A stretch of DNA of 64,000 nt, from positions 3,779,826-3,843,825 of the forward strand of contig BDGG01000002.1 of the NCBI GenBank assembly GCA_001949185.1, in the 5' to 3' direction. The position numbers and the translations under genes were made by a program. The DNA is from Ramazzottius varieornatus (lineage: Eukaryota > Animalia > Tardigrada). Below are positions 1 to 11,835 of this stretch, in pieces (position 1 is the stretch's first letter; each line of letters opens with the position of its first letter). The notes under the pieces were generated by a model. The model was not told the origin of the DNA. It saw only the letters and a list, made by a program, of their open reading frames with translations, and made no database searches.

Positions 1-713
1 AGCTGTTGAAAGGAAACTTGTCGAAGCGTTCAAAGTTCTCTTGTTTAGTTACGCAATGGGGGGGGGCTTACTAGCCTTGTGGCAGAGAGCTCAATCTGAT
101 CCCGTACAACACGGTACAGCGCACTCTTTCCTTTACATACCATCTGAGCTCTGAACGATCGAAGTTGATGTCGATTGCATATTGTGAGGGTTATGTGATC
201 ATAACGCGTAAGAATTTGAGTCGTCGCCTCGGCTCTCTTTCTTTCTTTTCTTCCGGCCAAGGAAACAGAGGGTTCTATGTTTACATTTTTGAGCCACCAC
301 CACAAGCACACAAGTACTTGAGGTTATCGATTGGGGGGACACCTTACAAGCACCAGGCCTCAGGAAACGGCGAAGGACATCCTTTCCAACGGCTTCAGGG
401 CTAGCAACGAGTAATGCGCGCTATGATCGAGCTACGGTGTAGGATCGATCGATCCAGCGGCAACAGCAACCTTGCTGTTTCTGTCTGCAATATCAAACTG
501 AGACCGTCGCTGCATCAGGAGGAAGGAAAGCGACGGTTGTTTTTACTAACTGAATTTCATGTCGTGAAACAATACACCCTATGCATCCCTTTTTCCTGGT
601 GTCAGCAATGGAACCTTCTTCGACTCTTGACCTTGCTAATGATTTGTTTGCCTTTCTGTGAGCATTGCTTTCAATGACAGGATGAAATACGAGCACGGGA
701 GGTTGTCTTCGGG

Positions 714-755
714 AATATGATCGATAATTTTGCAAATATGATCGATAATTTTGCA
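714..755. repeat. 21-bp tandem duplication upstream of CNGB-1
   Basis: aatatgatcgataattttgca occurs twice. Confidence 0.85.
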
Positions 756-805
756 CTGTACGTGTTGACCTAACGCAAACTCGAGGCTGAGATCCTGACT
801 CAGGT

Positions 806-3800
806 ATGGACGAGTCAGACTCTGACGCGGCGGCGCACTTTCGTCGTCCGGCCTTCGCACCGTCCATTCGGGTGTCTTCAGACACTGAAGGCTCACTGGG
901 TGATTCTAACGAACCTTCCACGTCCGCTGGATTGAAGGGTGGTCGCAGGAGAAAAATGTCATGGATCGTGCAGCCCCATGAACCTGCTATTTATGATGTG
1001 GCATCAGGGACGTACACGGGACCCAGTCCACCGCAGTCACGTTCCACCCAGTCGTCGGGATCAGCACGTTCGACATCGATAGGTCGACAGGAGGAATCGA
1101 CCACCACGACCACGACGGACGCGGCACCGTTGCTGGAGAAAACCATGCCTGTCTTGGTGGATTACTTGGAGAATATCGACTCGCTAGGATCTGGCGGATT
1201 CCACCTAGGTGAGAAAACGGGAACTCGGCAAACAAACTCAACGAGATCGTTTTCCCAAGTGCGCACATTCTCAGTGCAATTAGCTGGTAGCGTCCGCCGA
1301 GTGGGAGAACACTCTTGTCGAGTTTTTCAAATGGCGCACGTTCATAGCCAATAGTACTGAAAGTATCCGCCACTTGGAAAACGATGAAGTCGGATGTGTT
1401 AGCCGAGCTTCCAAGTATTTCCACTTCCTCAGTAAAAGTTCCACTTTATTTCAGTATCCAAACGAGGTATTTTTACAATCGAGAAACATTTGTTCTGTTT
1501 TTTTCAAGACGGGACATTTCGGTCCGTTTTCGGAAAAACAGGTGGACCAAGAATACATAATCATACCAAGCATGTTCAGCCAAATGTTTTCTTCCCAAAA
1601 GCCGGAGGGGGTTTTCTCAGGCGCGGGTCGGGGTGTCAAAATCTCGTTTTTCGGGCTTTGTCCCTCCTAATAAATACATTATAGGTTTAGGGTTTCAGCA
1701 CGGCCTTGTAAATGACCTCGAAAACATTGTTCTCCCGCTGGGAGACGAGACTTCAGCACGGCCGGCGCTTGCCTTTTCTCTGTCGTGTTACGAAATACCC
1801 CTATCCTGTGTGGTAGTCCAACTTGACACGTTGCTGTGTGCGTAACACGATGGCTTTATGAGGGAAATAATCTTGTGAAGTACCCTGCAGGTTTTATACC
1901 CATACTTGCTGGTATTGGGTTCCCGAGTATTAATAGTTTAGCGTTGTCCCACTTACGGGGGTACCGAAACCAGGGACGAAATTACCGTCGCACCTCGATT
2001 ATTTTGACATAAAGGTAAAAAGTTTCCACCTTTTGCAACCTGCTGCTCTTGATGAGAATGATGTTGTGAGTAGAGCCCATAGAAGGTTGCAAGTTTATGG
2101 AGGCCAAATAATCGTCTTGCGTGACTACAACACTAATTCTCTCTTATTATCGGTGTACCAGTGATCGTCCTATAATTGTACCCTCTGTACCTTTATGTAA
2201 AGTCAACCTAATGTCATAATTCCAACCTTCCGTGTGTTTTCCTTCATTTTTAGACACGGCCAGACGGAAAGACCTGAAATGGATCGACGAGACGCCACGC
2301 GGCATCCCGGACACTGCCCGTTCCTCACATATTCCCCCGCATTTGCTCAACCTATCCCGCACGGGACTGATCAAAGCCCAGGTCGTCAGGGTGGACTCGC
2401 TGCATGTCACGGACCATAAGGAAGCTAGCAGAAAGTACTCGGCGGCGGCTAGCGACGTATCCAGCATGAACACGGCGTAAGTTTCGTCTCGTGTGCTAAT
2501 CAAGTTACACCAGCTTTTCGAGTGTCTTGTGAAAAGCTCACTTGATACTATGTACTTCGACAACAATCTTCACCCGAGTTTCTCCAGAAGCTAATGAGGC
2601 ACGACCGCACTGTACAAGCAGGGAAGTCCCTAGTTCCGTTTTGACGCTTGGCTTGCCCTCCCTTGGTTTACTCTGTGGTGTAATCGGAGCTCGTTGACGT
2701 CACAAAGAAGAGAACGCATGTACCATTTAAAACCTGGTAATAACAGGTTTAAGTGGCTGCTTGTGGTCTCGTGATATGTTTAAACATCGTAGCCTGGGAA
2801 TTTTCTGTTACAAATTACGGTTAATTGGTATCGGTAATAGCGGAGTTCAATACTTGGTTGTTTTTCAGGAGGAGTTTCGAGAGGGGGCAGCAAATTCAAG
2901 AAAAGCTGCATAACCTCGTCATTGCTTTCCAAGAACGTGCCCGGCAAGTCAAAGAGCATGTGGTCATCCGACCTCCTTCACCATCTCAACCCCCTTCGGA
3001 TGACAGCAGGCCTTTCGCCAAAATGTCCATTCCGCTCCACCAAATGCCTCTCACGCAGCAGGCGCCACCCAGGGCTTCGACGAGTGGACCTACTGGTCAA
3101 GACCGGGGCTTTCAGATTCTCGGTTACGAGATTAAGGTAAATTGATGATGTAGACAAGATGATAACCAAAAACGTTTGAGTCACTGCGATATCTAAAAGT
3201 AAGAGAATGAGACACGGGAACGCGGCAAAGTCACTTGCCCGGATCGTTTTTCAAGTGGCGCGTGCCTCCAGCCAATAACCTTGAACATGCGCCACTTAGG
3301 AAAACAATAGTGACTGGTTCGTTTGGCGAGCTCCCATATGATATCAGATAACGCGGGGGCTTCTGATTTTCCTTACAAAGCGACGAAATTTTTTGATGGA
3401 TAAATACGGACGTATCCAGAAATATCGTAAGCACAATGGCAAGCAATCATAAGATTAAAGAATCAATACTAAACAAGGGTATTCCATAATTCTGCTTTGA
3501 ATTTACCCGCGCTGTCGGTGCTAATCAATCTAAGTGCCGTGACCTTCAAAGAGTGGGCGGTTTTGACAGTCTGACATTTTGACGTTTTACCATTTTATGC
3601 TTTCTGTCCTTGCAGTTTCCACCATGGTGTCCTCAACCGCGACTGCCCAAGACAATGGAGCCGCAGTCGGAAGTTTACATCAGCTGGCTCTTCATCATCA
3701 GTTTAGCTTTCATGTACAACGCCTATGCCATCCCACTGCGTGCCGCCTTCCCTTTTCAGACACCAGAGAACCTCAAGTGGTGGTTCCTGGCCGACTACTC

Positions 3801-6800
3801 CTGTGATGTCTTGTACCTAATCGACATCATCTGTTTCAAAACTTCAGTCAGATATGTGTCCAACGGTGTGTGGGTCGAACAGAGGAGAGACATTGTCAGG
3901 AGGTATCTGAACTCGTGGCGCTTCAGGCTGGACCTGATGGCGTCCGTGCCGCTCGACATTTTCTACTTGATTCCGCAAGTCGGAGTCAACCCGCTCTTGA
4001 GGCTACCAAAACTGCTAAAACTACCGTCGTACTGGGAATCGCATTCTCGTCTGGACCAAGTAGCCAGGTCGCCACATGTCCTTCGCGTCCTGAACTCTCT
4101 GGCGTACATGATGTGGATGATCCACACCAACGCCTGTCTTTTCTACTACATCTCCAAATCTGAAGGTACAAACTTCCGTTCTTTTCAGTCATGTGAAGTT
4201 GTCTAGGGTCTCGTACAGTACATTCTGCCCTATTACCACGGAAAAAACCTAACAAGGCCGTGCGCGGCACCAACTTGACAAGGTTATTCGTAGAGCAATG
4301 GTTAAACGTACTACTGTAGCCCAGTGCCCTAAGTATTTCCGCTGGATCGGTGAGCTCTCGGCCAGGGCTGAAAGTTTGAGTATCATATTCCCGAAATACC
4401 GATCTCGTGAATTTATAATAAACTGCTGTGCGCAACTGAAACGTGTGAAGGCACTTCTATTACCCGCCAGCTGCAGGTCCGAGTATCAGTGATTACGGGA
4501 AACTGCCTATCTCGCTCGTGCGAAGGTAGTGTTTAAAAACTACCTAACCGAGTCTAGGTTTCCAACTTCCAGGTAATTCTAATTCTGATTTTGGTGTTTC
4601 CCAGCGGTGAAAATTCCTTACGTCACAAAGTCAGAAATAGATTGTTTTGCACATGAATATCTTACACAACGAAGGGGGCTGTTTTCTGACAAATGATTTG
4701 TTGACGCTTCCTTCTTTATTGCAGGCTTCGGTACTAATCATTGGGTGTACAATGAGAAATATCCAGCCTATTTACATAGCTTTTGGCGGACTTTCATCGT
4801 GGCCACGGCGGTGGGCAATGCGCCTGAGCCGGAGAATATCGTTGAAAACTCGTACATGATTTTTTCATGGTTGACGGGCGTATTTGTTTTCGCGCTGTTG
4901 ATCGGCCAGATCCGTGACATCTTCACGCAAATGACGTATCAGGAGGATCACTACCAGAAGACGGTGGACACGGCGATTCGGTACTTGCAGAACCTGCGCA
5001 TCCCGAAGGAGATTCAGCGCCGTGTGCGTGACTGGTACACGTACAACTGGGAACAGCATAAGACGCTGGATGAGAACTCGTTGTTGGACGGGCTACCGAG
5101 GAAGCTGAAAACTGACTTGGTCCTGTCCGTTCACTACCACACCTTGTCTAAGGTACCAGATTAGAAACTGGGAGGAATGCACAATCGTGCGTAGAAAAAT
5201 GCATCGAAACGTAGTAACGACGATGTGTGCAAACGTTGCTGGCGTACGGTATAAATATTAATACCGAAAGTTACTTCATGTTTGTCCAAAGTTCAAAAGT
5301 GCGTAACCGTATGTTACATATAACGCTTTTTTGAGGGGAAAAACATGGAGCTTGCAGTTGATTTAGTTTCTAGCTGTGGTGTTTACTGTAATTTTAGCTG
5401 TATCATACAAACAACGAAAAAAGAATGAATCCCAAGCGGTCGGGATTTTCTACCATAGTTTCACAGGGAATACTTTGTCTTACAGGTACAGCTCTTTCAT
5501 GGAACAGATCAGAGTCTCCTCCGAGACCTGGTGCTCAAACTGAAACCGGTGGTCTTTCTACCCACGGAGTACATATGCAAGAAAGGCGAAGTGGGCAAGG
5601 ATATGTTCATCGTCCGAAGTGGGTACTTGGACGTGGTCACCTCCGACGGAAAGGTGGTCTCGACTTTGAGCGAAGGCAGCGTCTTCGGAGAAATCAGCCT
5701 GCTTTCGCTGACGGGAGGCAATCGACGCACAGCCGACGTCAGGTAATTTTTCTGTCCTGACGGTGCCACGAGAAGTTTCCTATCGGCGTTCTAGGTTTTT
5801 GAATAATTTGATAAAAGAAAACTCGATGACAAATTTGATCGATCTTCAGGTCGCGCGGCTATTCCAACTTGTACGTCCTCAGCAAGAAGGACCTGCATGA
5901 GGTCCTGCGTGATTACCCGGAAACGCAAGAAATACTCAAGAAAAAAGCACAACGCTTCTATCGGTCCATTACACCGACGACGGAAAAGAAATCACCGGAA
6001 GTCGAAGTAAGCACAAAGGCAAAAGAACTAAAATCTTGCTGGGGAGAAATTCTTCTGAGTCGCGTAAACTGTAGGACAGGAAGACACAGACCTGAGACCT
6101 CAAGTTTGAGCAGGCATTTGCTGTGCGCCTGTTTTCTACGATGCTTTCATGTGCCCACGAACTTCTGTTGTGTGTAGGTGATCAAGTCGCGATCAGGTAC
6201 ACCAGAGTTCGTTCGGACCGTACTAAACGTGATGGCACCCGAGTCTGCACTCCGACAGCGACTTTCCCAAGGCTCAATATACCGCAATGAGATGTCTCAG
6301 TCCCAGACCCAGACTGATACATCCTCGTCCGACAACGAGATCCACTTTCAAGACGACGGACCAATCGGCAGGACTAGGAGAGGCCATGCACCACGTTCCA
6401 CCATTCCACCGAGCACCCCGTTGAACGTCAGTCTCCAAGTCACTGATGAGACCAACATCCCTAAACGTTCAATCTCCACCGAGATGCTCAGAAGAAGACG
6501 CGAGTTGCAACTTCAACGAACCAGCTCTTCCGACATCGATCCACAGCCTGAACCGCCGTCAATACCACCAGTCAGTTTACGGAGAAGAAGGTCCAGGACT
6601 CCAAATAAGATGAGCGAGGCGGAGGAACGGGATAAATCACCGGCGCCAATCGCTCGAGGTATAGAACAGGCACCTCTGACGGTCTCGCGGTTTTCCTGAG
6701 TTTTGTTTTCTAGGTGAGTCCGAAGATTCTCCAGCTGAACAGTACAGTGCTCGCCGGTCCTTCCTTCCGTCTTTTATCCTGGAGCCACTACGCAAGTTTT

Positions 6801-7084
6801 TCAGTCGGCCCGCCAAAGTGAAGCCCGTCGTGATGGATGATCGGCCAAGTGAAGTGAGCGAAGCATTCGAGATGCCCGCTCGGAGTTCTCGGACGACGAG
6901 ATCGACGCGCGGCCAGGTGTTTCGTATGCCTTCGGCGCCCAACAGTGTTGTAGGGTCAGAAGCACCCAGTTTTCGGTCTGTTAGTGAATTGAACTACGAC
7001 AGTTTAGAACTGATTCCGCCCAACTTGGAGAAGTCTTCGAGCGCGGAATTATATGAGCCAGTTTGGGCGGTCCGTCAAACTTGA
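806..7084 (+). CDS. CNGB: Cyclic nucleotide-gated channel beta subunit (CNGB/TAX-2-like), paralog 1, multi-exon
   Basis: The exons give S1 'YISWLFIISLAFMYNAYAIPLRAAFPFQ', S4 'NPLLRLPKLLK', pore 'ATAVGNAPEP', S6 'GVFVFALLIGQIRDI', C-linker 'RVRDWYTYNWEQHKTLDE' and CNBD 'CKKGEVGKDMFIV...FGEISLLSLTGGNRRTADVR'. The GQIRD and W..Q.TLDE motifs are typical of beta subunits. GT-AG introns; stop TGA at 7082-7084; the 5' exons are less certain. Confidence 0.92.
1219..1413. mobile_element. Intronic foldback/MITE family A copy (CNGB-1 intron 1)
   Basis: Left arm ggaactcggcaaacaaactcaacgagatcgttttcccaagtgcgcac; right arm ccgccacttggaaaacgat...gccgagcttcca. Confidence 0.7.
3215..3310. mobile_element. MITE family A copy (CNGB-1 intron)
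   Basis: gatcgtttttcaagtggcgcgtg ... catgcgccacttaggaaaac. Confidence 0.65.
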
Positions 7085-7699
7085 TTGCGAATACCACTTT
7101 GTTTTCTGCTGTCTTTCTCTGCAGTATATCCGACAGTTTATGGGAGTTATTTCCTAACATGGCTTTTCCCCAGCATACCCTCTGGCTTTCAAAATGAGCT
7201 GGTTCTTGGAATTGTTTTCCTGAATATGTCCAGTAAGTTTGCGTAGAAGAATTTTCTCGAGATAATGCATCTGCGATTTGTACACGAAATCAGGGGTGTT
7301 TGCCCACGGAGCATACAGTAGCACCACCGGCACCAGTGTTGTTCCAGCGGTTGCGCCTCCGACATCCACCGAGGTTACAGTTGATGACCTCTTAACCATG
7401 GTTCTCCAAAAGTCCAATTTCTAGGTACTTTGTCATGTTCAGAATACAGATACTGGACGATTCCGCTGATTTGGACGTAGGAACGAAATTTCGACCTTGT
7501 TTTACGGTGGTCTGTACTCCGGTGCGGACTACTGTGACGCCACCCGCAAGGTGACGACAACACAATGAATGGCGACTTCGTTTCGTCGTTGAAACGTCGG
7601 CTTTCCTCAAGTTACTGTCGCTCTTTGCTTCAGCCTTTTCTGCAATAACCGATGCACTGTAGACCAACATTTTATCGTCTCCATTATTTTCGTGGGGAT

Positions 7700-8500
7700 T
7701 GTATCGTTGTTTGTTGGATGGTTACATTGTCAACACACGACGCTCTTAAACACAAGGGCGGCGGAATGTCCGCATCGGCGTTCGTCAGGCTTCCAAGACT
7801 TCGTGTAAGGAACTCCCATCCGAGCCTGGAGGCAGCTGTGGAATTACTTCCCGCTGATGATGCTACGGTTAGGCCGGTGGGAATAGGAGATGTCAGTGTA
7901 CAGGTGGATGCACTTCTCGGACTACCTCTCACAACACGCGCATTTCAGATCCCTTATACTGGTCGGGGTGAGTTTTTGAAAGTACGACCTTTCCCCTGTT
8001 TTCTCAACTTTTGCAGTACCTTGCGCTGGCCAAGAAAGTCTAAGATTACTCTACGAAAGGAAGTCTGTATGTCAAAGAAGTCGCCACAATTGCGTAAGAG
8101 ACTATCTTTGGTATACAGACAGCGGCTCCCACTTCTCAACCCTTTTGAAAGAAGGAGAGTACTTCGACCACTTGGAAAACTTCTCCTGTCTGTCTCGGAC
8201 CAAACTCAACGGAACAAGAACATTATTTTCAAACTTCTTAGAGAACTGCCCAGGTGTGAGCTCTGGTGACTACTTTGTATCGAAGATACGGCTTGGCTAC
8301 TGGACAGATTCTTCTTTCCTGCAGTTTCTTACTACAGTGATGTTAACTACACCGAGGAAGAACTAGCGAGTATGAACGCCGATGGAGCATATTCTCTCCG
8401 GCAGACCATTCCGCCATACTTGCAAAACAACCAGACCCGAAAAAGTCTCAGAACATGGGAAGCGACCGGAGTCCTCTCTGAAGGGAATCCAGTTGAGCTG
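7700..8500 (+). pseudogene. Possible decayed multi-exon gene (weak F-box-like hints)
   Basis: Splice-like sites (gtgagt ~7968, ttgcag ~8017, gtaaga ~8095) bound exon-like pieces, but I could not assemble a convincing protein, and several frames contain stops. Confidence 0.2.
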
Positions 8501-9267
8501 GCGTGAATGCCGTTTGTTTCTCCTACTGGCAACATGTCATGTTGCTGTGGGTATACGTAAACGAGAAAGAAAACGAGAAAACGAGCGTGGAATAATGTAA
8601 AGAAAGAAGGAAGGAAGGTACGGTGTTGGGGGGAAAACGGTGGTCAGCCCACGTTAACCAAAGTTAAACTCGATTCAATTTTAAGTAAACTTGTTGTTTC
8701 GGCGGTGGTGTCATTCGCCATATCCGGACATGTATGATCAGATTTCGACCAGAAACAGTCCCACTTTATGCAGATACTTCCTGAAACGCGAGAGACGCCT
8801 GTGTTTACAGTTTGGACGGCGAGCCAGTGGATTAGCTTACTCAAGTACTTTCTGGTTCACAGCAAGATGGATCACATCAATGCATTGTTCCTACGACGGA
8901 TCGAGGCATGCTTGCCTAGCGGACCAGGAAGGCAGTGCCGATAACATTGAACAGCTCCCATATCAGATGTTCAGGGAACTTCAGGCTACCTTTCGACATT
9001 CGTCTGCTTTGAGTTATCAGATGCTTTTTTGACTTTACTTTCCAGTCGCATCTCAATAGTAGATGACTTTGCGGGTAGGTCGATCCACCTGTCTCACAAC
9101 TGGACCATGTACCGTATCACACCGAAAGATAAAACGTGCAAGTATGCTCAAAAACCTTGAAATGCTCTAGAAAGAGATGCGAGACAAATGAACCATTTTC
9201 GACTCTTGTCAAGTATGTATTGTGGTGAACAGAATCAGGCGTCCCGTGTACATAGGTGCTCGTAGTG

Positions 9268-10524
9268 TCAAGCGCGGGTGTTTACAGTTGTGCTGACGGG
9301 GGTAGTTTCGTTGACGACCGTGCTACTGTAAGCCATGTCCTCAGTGTAGCTGGGTGGCGATGATGCAATGCAGGCATTATCGACCGCCGTCCATTGTGTT
9401 TCTTTGGTTTGCTGGGCATCATGTTTCCCAACGCACCCTCGGCGGAGCGCTCTGAACAAGAAGATGAACATTAAACCCAGCAGGAACAGGAAGAAAAAGT
9501 CGGACATGGACAGTGAGTTATCATCGTCCAAGCGATCCATTTCAGCCATATGCTCCTTATACTGAACGCGGGCTTCTTTGTTGGCCAGGATAATCCGAAT
9601 CTCTCGCAGCTCATCTCTGGAGAAAGGACACCGTTTATTGAATTGTGATAATAGTTTCAGCTGGAAAGTTATCTGCAGGTCGGATTTCGAAGATAACAAG
9701 TAAGGGAATGCCCGTTACTTGCCGAATGCATTTATGATCAACGCGACGCATGACGCCATGGCGCTCTGGGCTTCGAGCCTATCCGCGATGACGTCAAACG
9801 CTGATCTGCAGTCACAGCTGTTTACCTGATTCCCTCCATAACGTTTGAGTCCTTGCGCAGTTTTGGTGACGGCTTTTCCATCTCAGTGTCCAACTCGTTG
9901 TTCATAACGGCTTTTTCTTTCATATCTTTGAGCCCATCTACAGTATAAAACATGTTGTATTACCATGCTGTGAATTATTGGCAAGATTTACAACAGATAC
10001 ATTTACCTGGAAAGAACGCGCCCAGCAAAATCTACGGGAAACGAACGCAGGGTTAGTTTTCTATTATTCGTGCTTCATGTCAATACGGTTCAACATTGAA
10101 TTTTTCTACTGGAAGTAATCGGTTACCTGCTTTAAGAAAACACCATCGGAGACGATCGCCATCTCTGCTGATGTCTCATTTTTGGTCATGATGGACTTTT
10201 CCATAGTAGCCAACGGAGAGCTACAATTACACAACATTATAAGCTACCGTTTTCCGACATCAGATTCTGGCCTGGGCAACAGGATAACTTGATATGCCAG
10301 TTTCACATCGAATCATCTCACCTGTCAGTGTCAACTTCAACTGCTTTCGCTGTGGCAGTGGGCGCAAGCATCGCTGGAGCTTCGACTTTCGATCGGGCAG
10401 CTCGATTCGCATCTGCTGCAAGAACTGTGTTCATGGCTATTATGGGTGCAACGGACGAAGCAGCCGAATTGACCAAGATGGCCAAAATCGTCACACACGG
10501 GATAGCTCTCAGGCTGAACTCCAT
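9268..10524 (-). CDS. Orphan type-I single-pass membrane protein with a cytoplasmic PPxY motif (6 exons)
   Basis: Signal peptide 'MEFSLRAIPCVTILAILVNSAAS' starts at ATG 10524. Phase-consistent GT-AG splicing runs through 'SPLATMEK...', 'ILLGAFFP', 'DGLKDMKEK...', 'LEAQSAMASC...' to a last exon with TM 'FFFLFLLGLMFIFLF', stop-transfer 'RALRR' and 'PPSY'. Confidence 0.7.
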
Positions 10525-11835
10525 GACGAATTCGGAATGATGAAATGGTGAACCGTCAGCTCTTCTCAGACGAGAGGTCTCTTGAAGGTCGAAAGGAGGA
10601 AGTAAAGTGCAACTGCGGGAAATCTGAAAAGGATTGGGGGATGCAGGGAACGAAATAATTGCTGGTAACTGTTTCTCGGAACTTCCCTTCTCGTCAGCAC
10701 GCACAAAGCCCTATATCAATAATCCAGATGATTATTTAGGTTCTGCACCTCTTTCAGCAGATGAACGGATCGATATGCCAGGCTTCAGCGAGGCACTAAC
10801 GCACTGAAAGATAGATCGATGGCTGGATACTGAAGACGAGAGACGGACCGATGCGGTTCTCTCTAAATGAAGACTCGCGATGGATGAACCAGCACGCGGA
10901 AAGCTCTGCAACAGCTCGAGCAAGAGACAACGCAGCTGGTGACGATCGATGCGCAGGCTCGCTGATTTGCTATGAAAGAGTAATCGCGAGGCCGGATGGA
11001 GAGCCTTGTCAAGTTCAAGCTTTAAGGCTTATACTGTACTTCAAAGTACGTAAATTACAACTCGAAAGCTTAATGCGCTAATACGGGTACTTATCTACCG
11101 AGAAGCGCAGTACCGGTGTCTCCTAACATTAACACCTTTAATTCAGTTCATGCACTGTACTGCCTATGATCTATACTAGAATCTGATCTACTTTAGCTCA
11201 GTAGCATGGGAGAACTTGAGCACTGAGGTACGGAGTACGCTGACGTTGAAACTCGGCTCCGCGCATGGTTGCCAGTTACGGTGTACCTGTCGGCTCTTCC
11301 TTCTAAGAATGTAAAAAGCTTAAGGCTACGGTACTGCTCGGTAGTCGATACTGGGTCGAACTGAAGTGCGTACAGTGCGAGGTCTTCAGCGAGAAACCGA
11401 TCAATATTTAGGTATAGAGGACAATTAAAGAGCTACTGTATAGGGTATTCAGCAGTGGATGTATGAAATGCGGCCTTACCTCAGCCTGTCATAATGGCGC
11501 AAGGTGAAGCTTGAAGTGTTTCGAGCACGACCTTGTGTCGAACGTCATACATGTACCTTAACAATATGCACGCTCAATGATATTGATTTCTACCTCAAAA
11601 ATATAATACCGTGTGTCTTTCGTATAAGCCGAAACGCGGAAGGGGATGTGCAGGGGTGGATTAGTCTGTTGAACCAAGCTTGTTTAGAGGTTCCGTTCAG
11701 TAACCATTACACCGTGAACCAGGAGGAGAGATGAAAGGTCACTTTTCAGGGCTCGATTGAACAATACAGGACTAATTCGCATCTTCAATCTTTTAGAAGC
11801 CTCTGTCTTGCCGAGCTTCATTATTGTAGTTACGA

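Noticed and set aside
7154-7670. Minus-strand short ORFs after CNGB-1
   Set aside because: No recognisable motif or reliable exon chain.
10294-10551. Plus-strand ORF with two CxxC-like motifs
   Set aside because: It is the antisense shadow of the signal-peptide exon of the minus-strand gene.
11190-11265. tRNA A-box-like TAGCTCAGTAG with a weak B-box
   Set aside because: No cloverleaf or acceptor stem could be folded.
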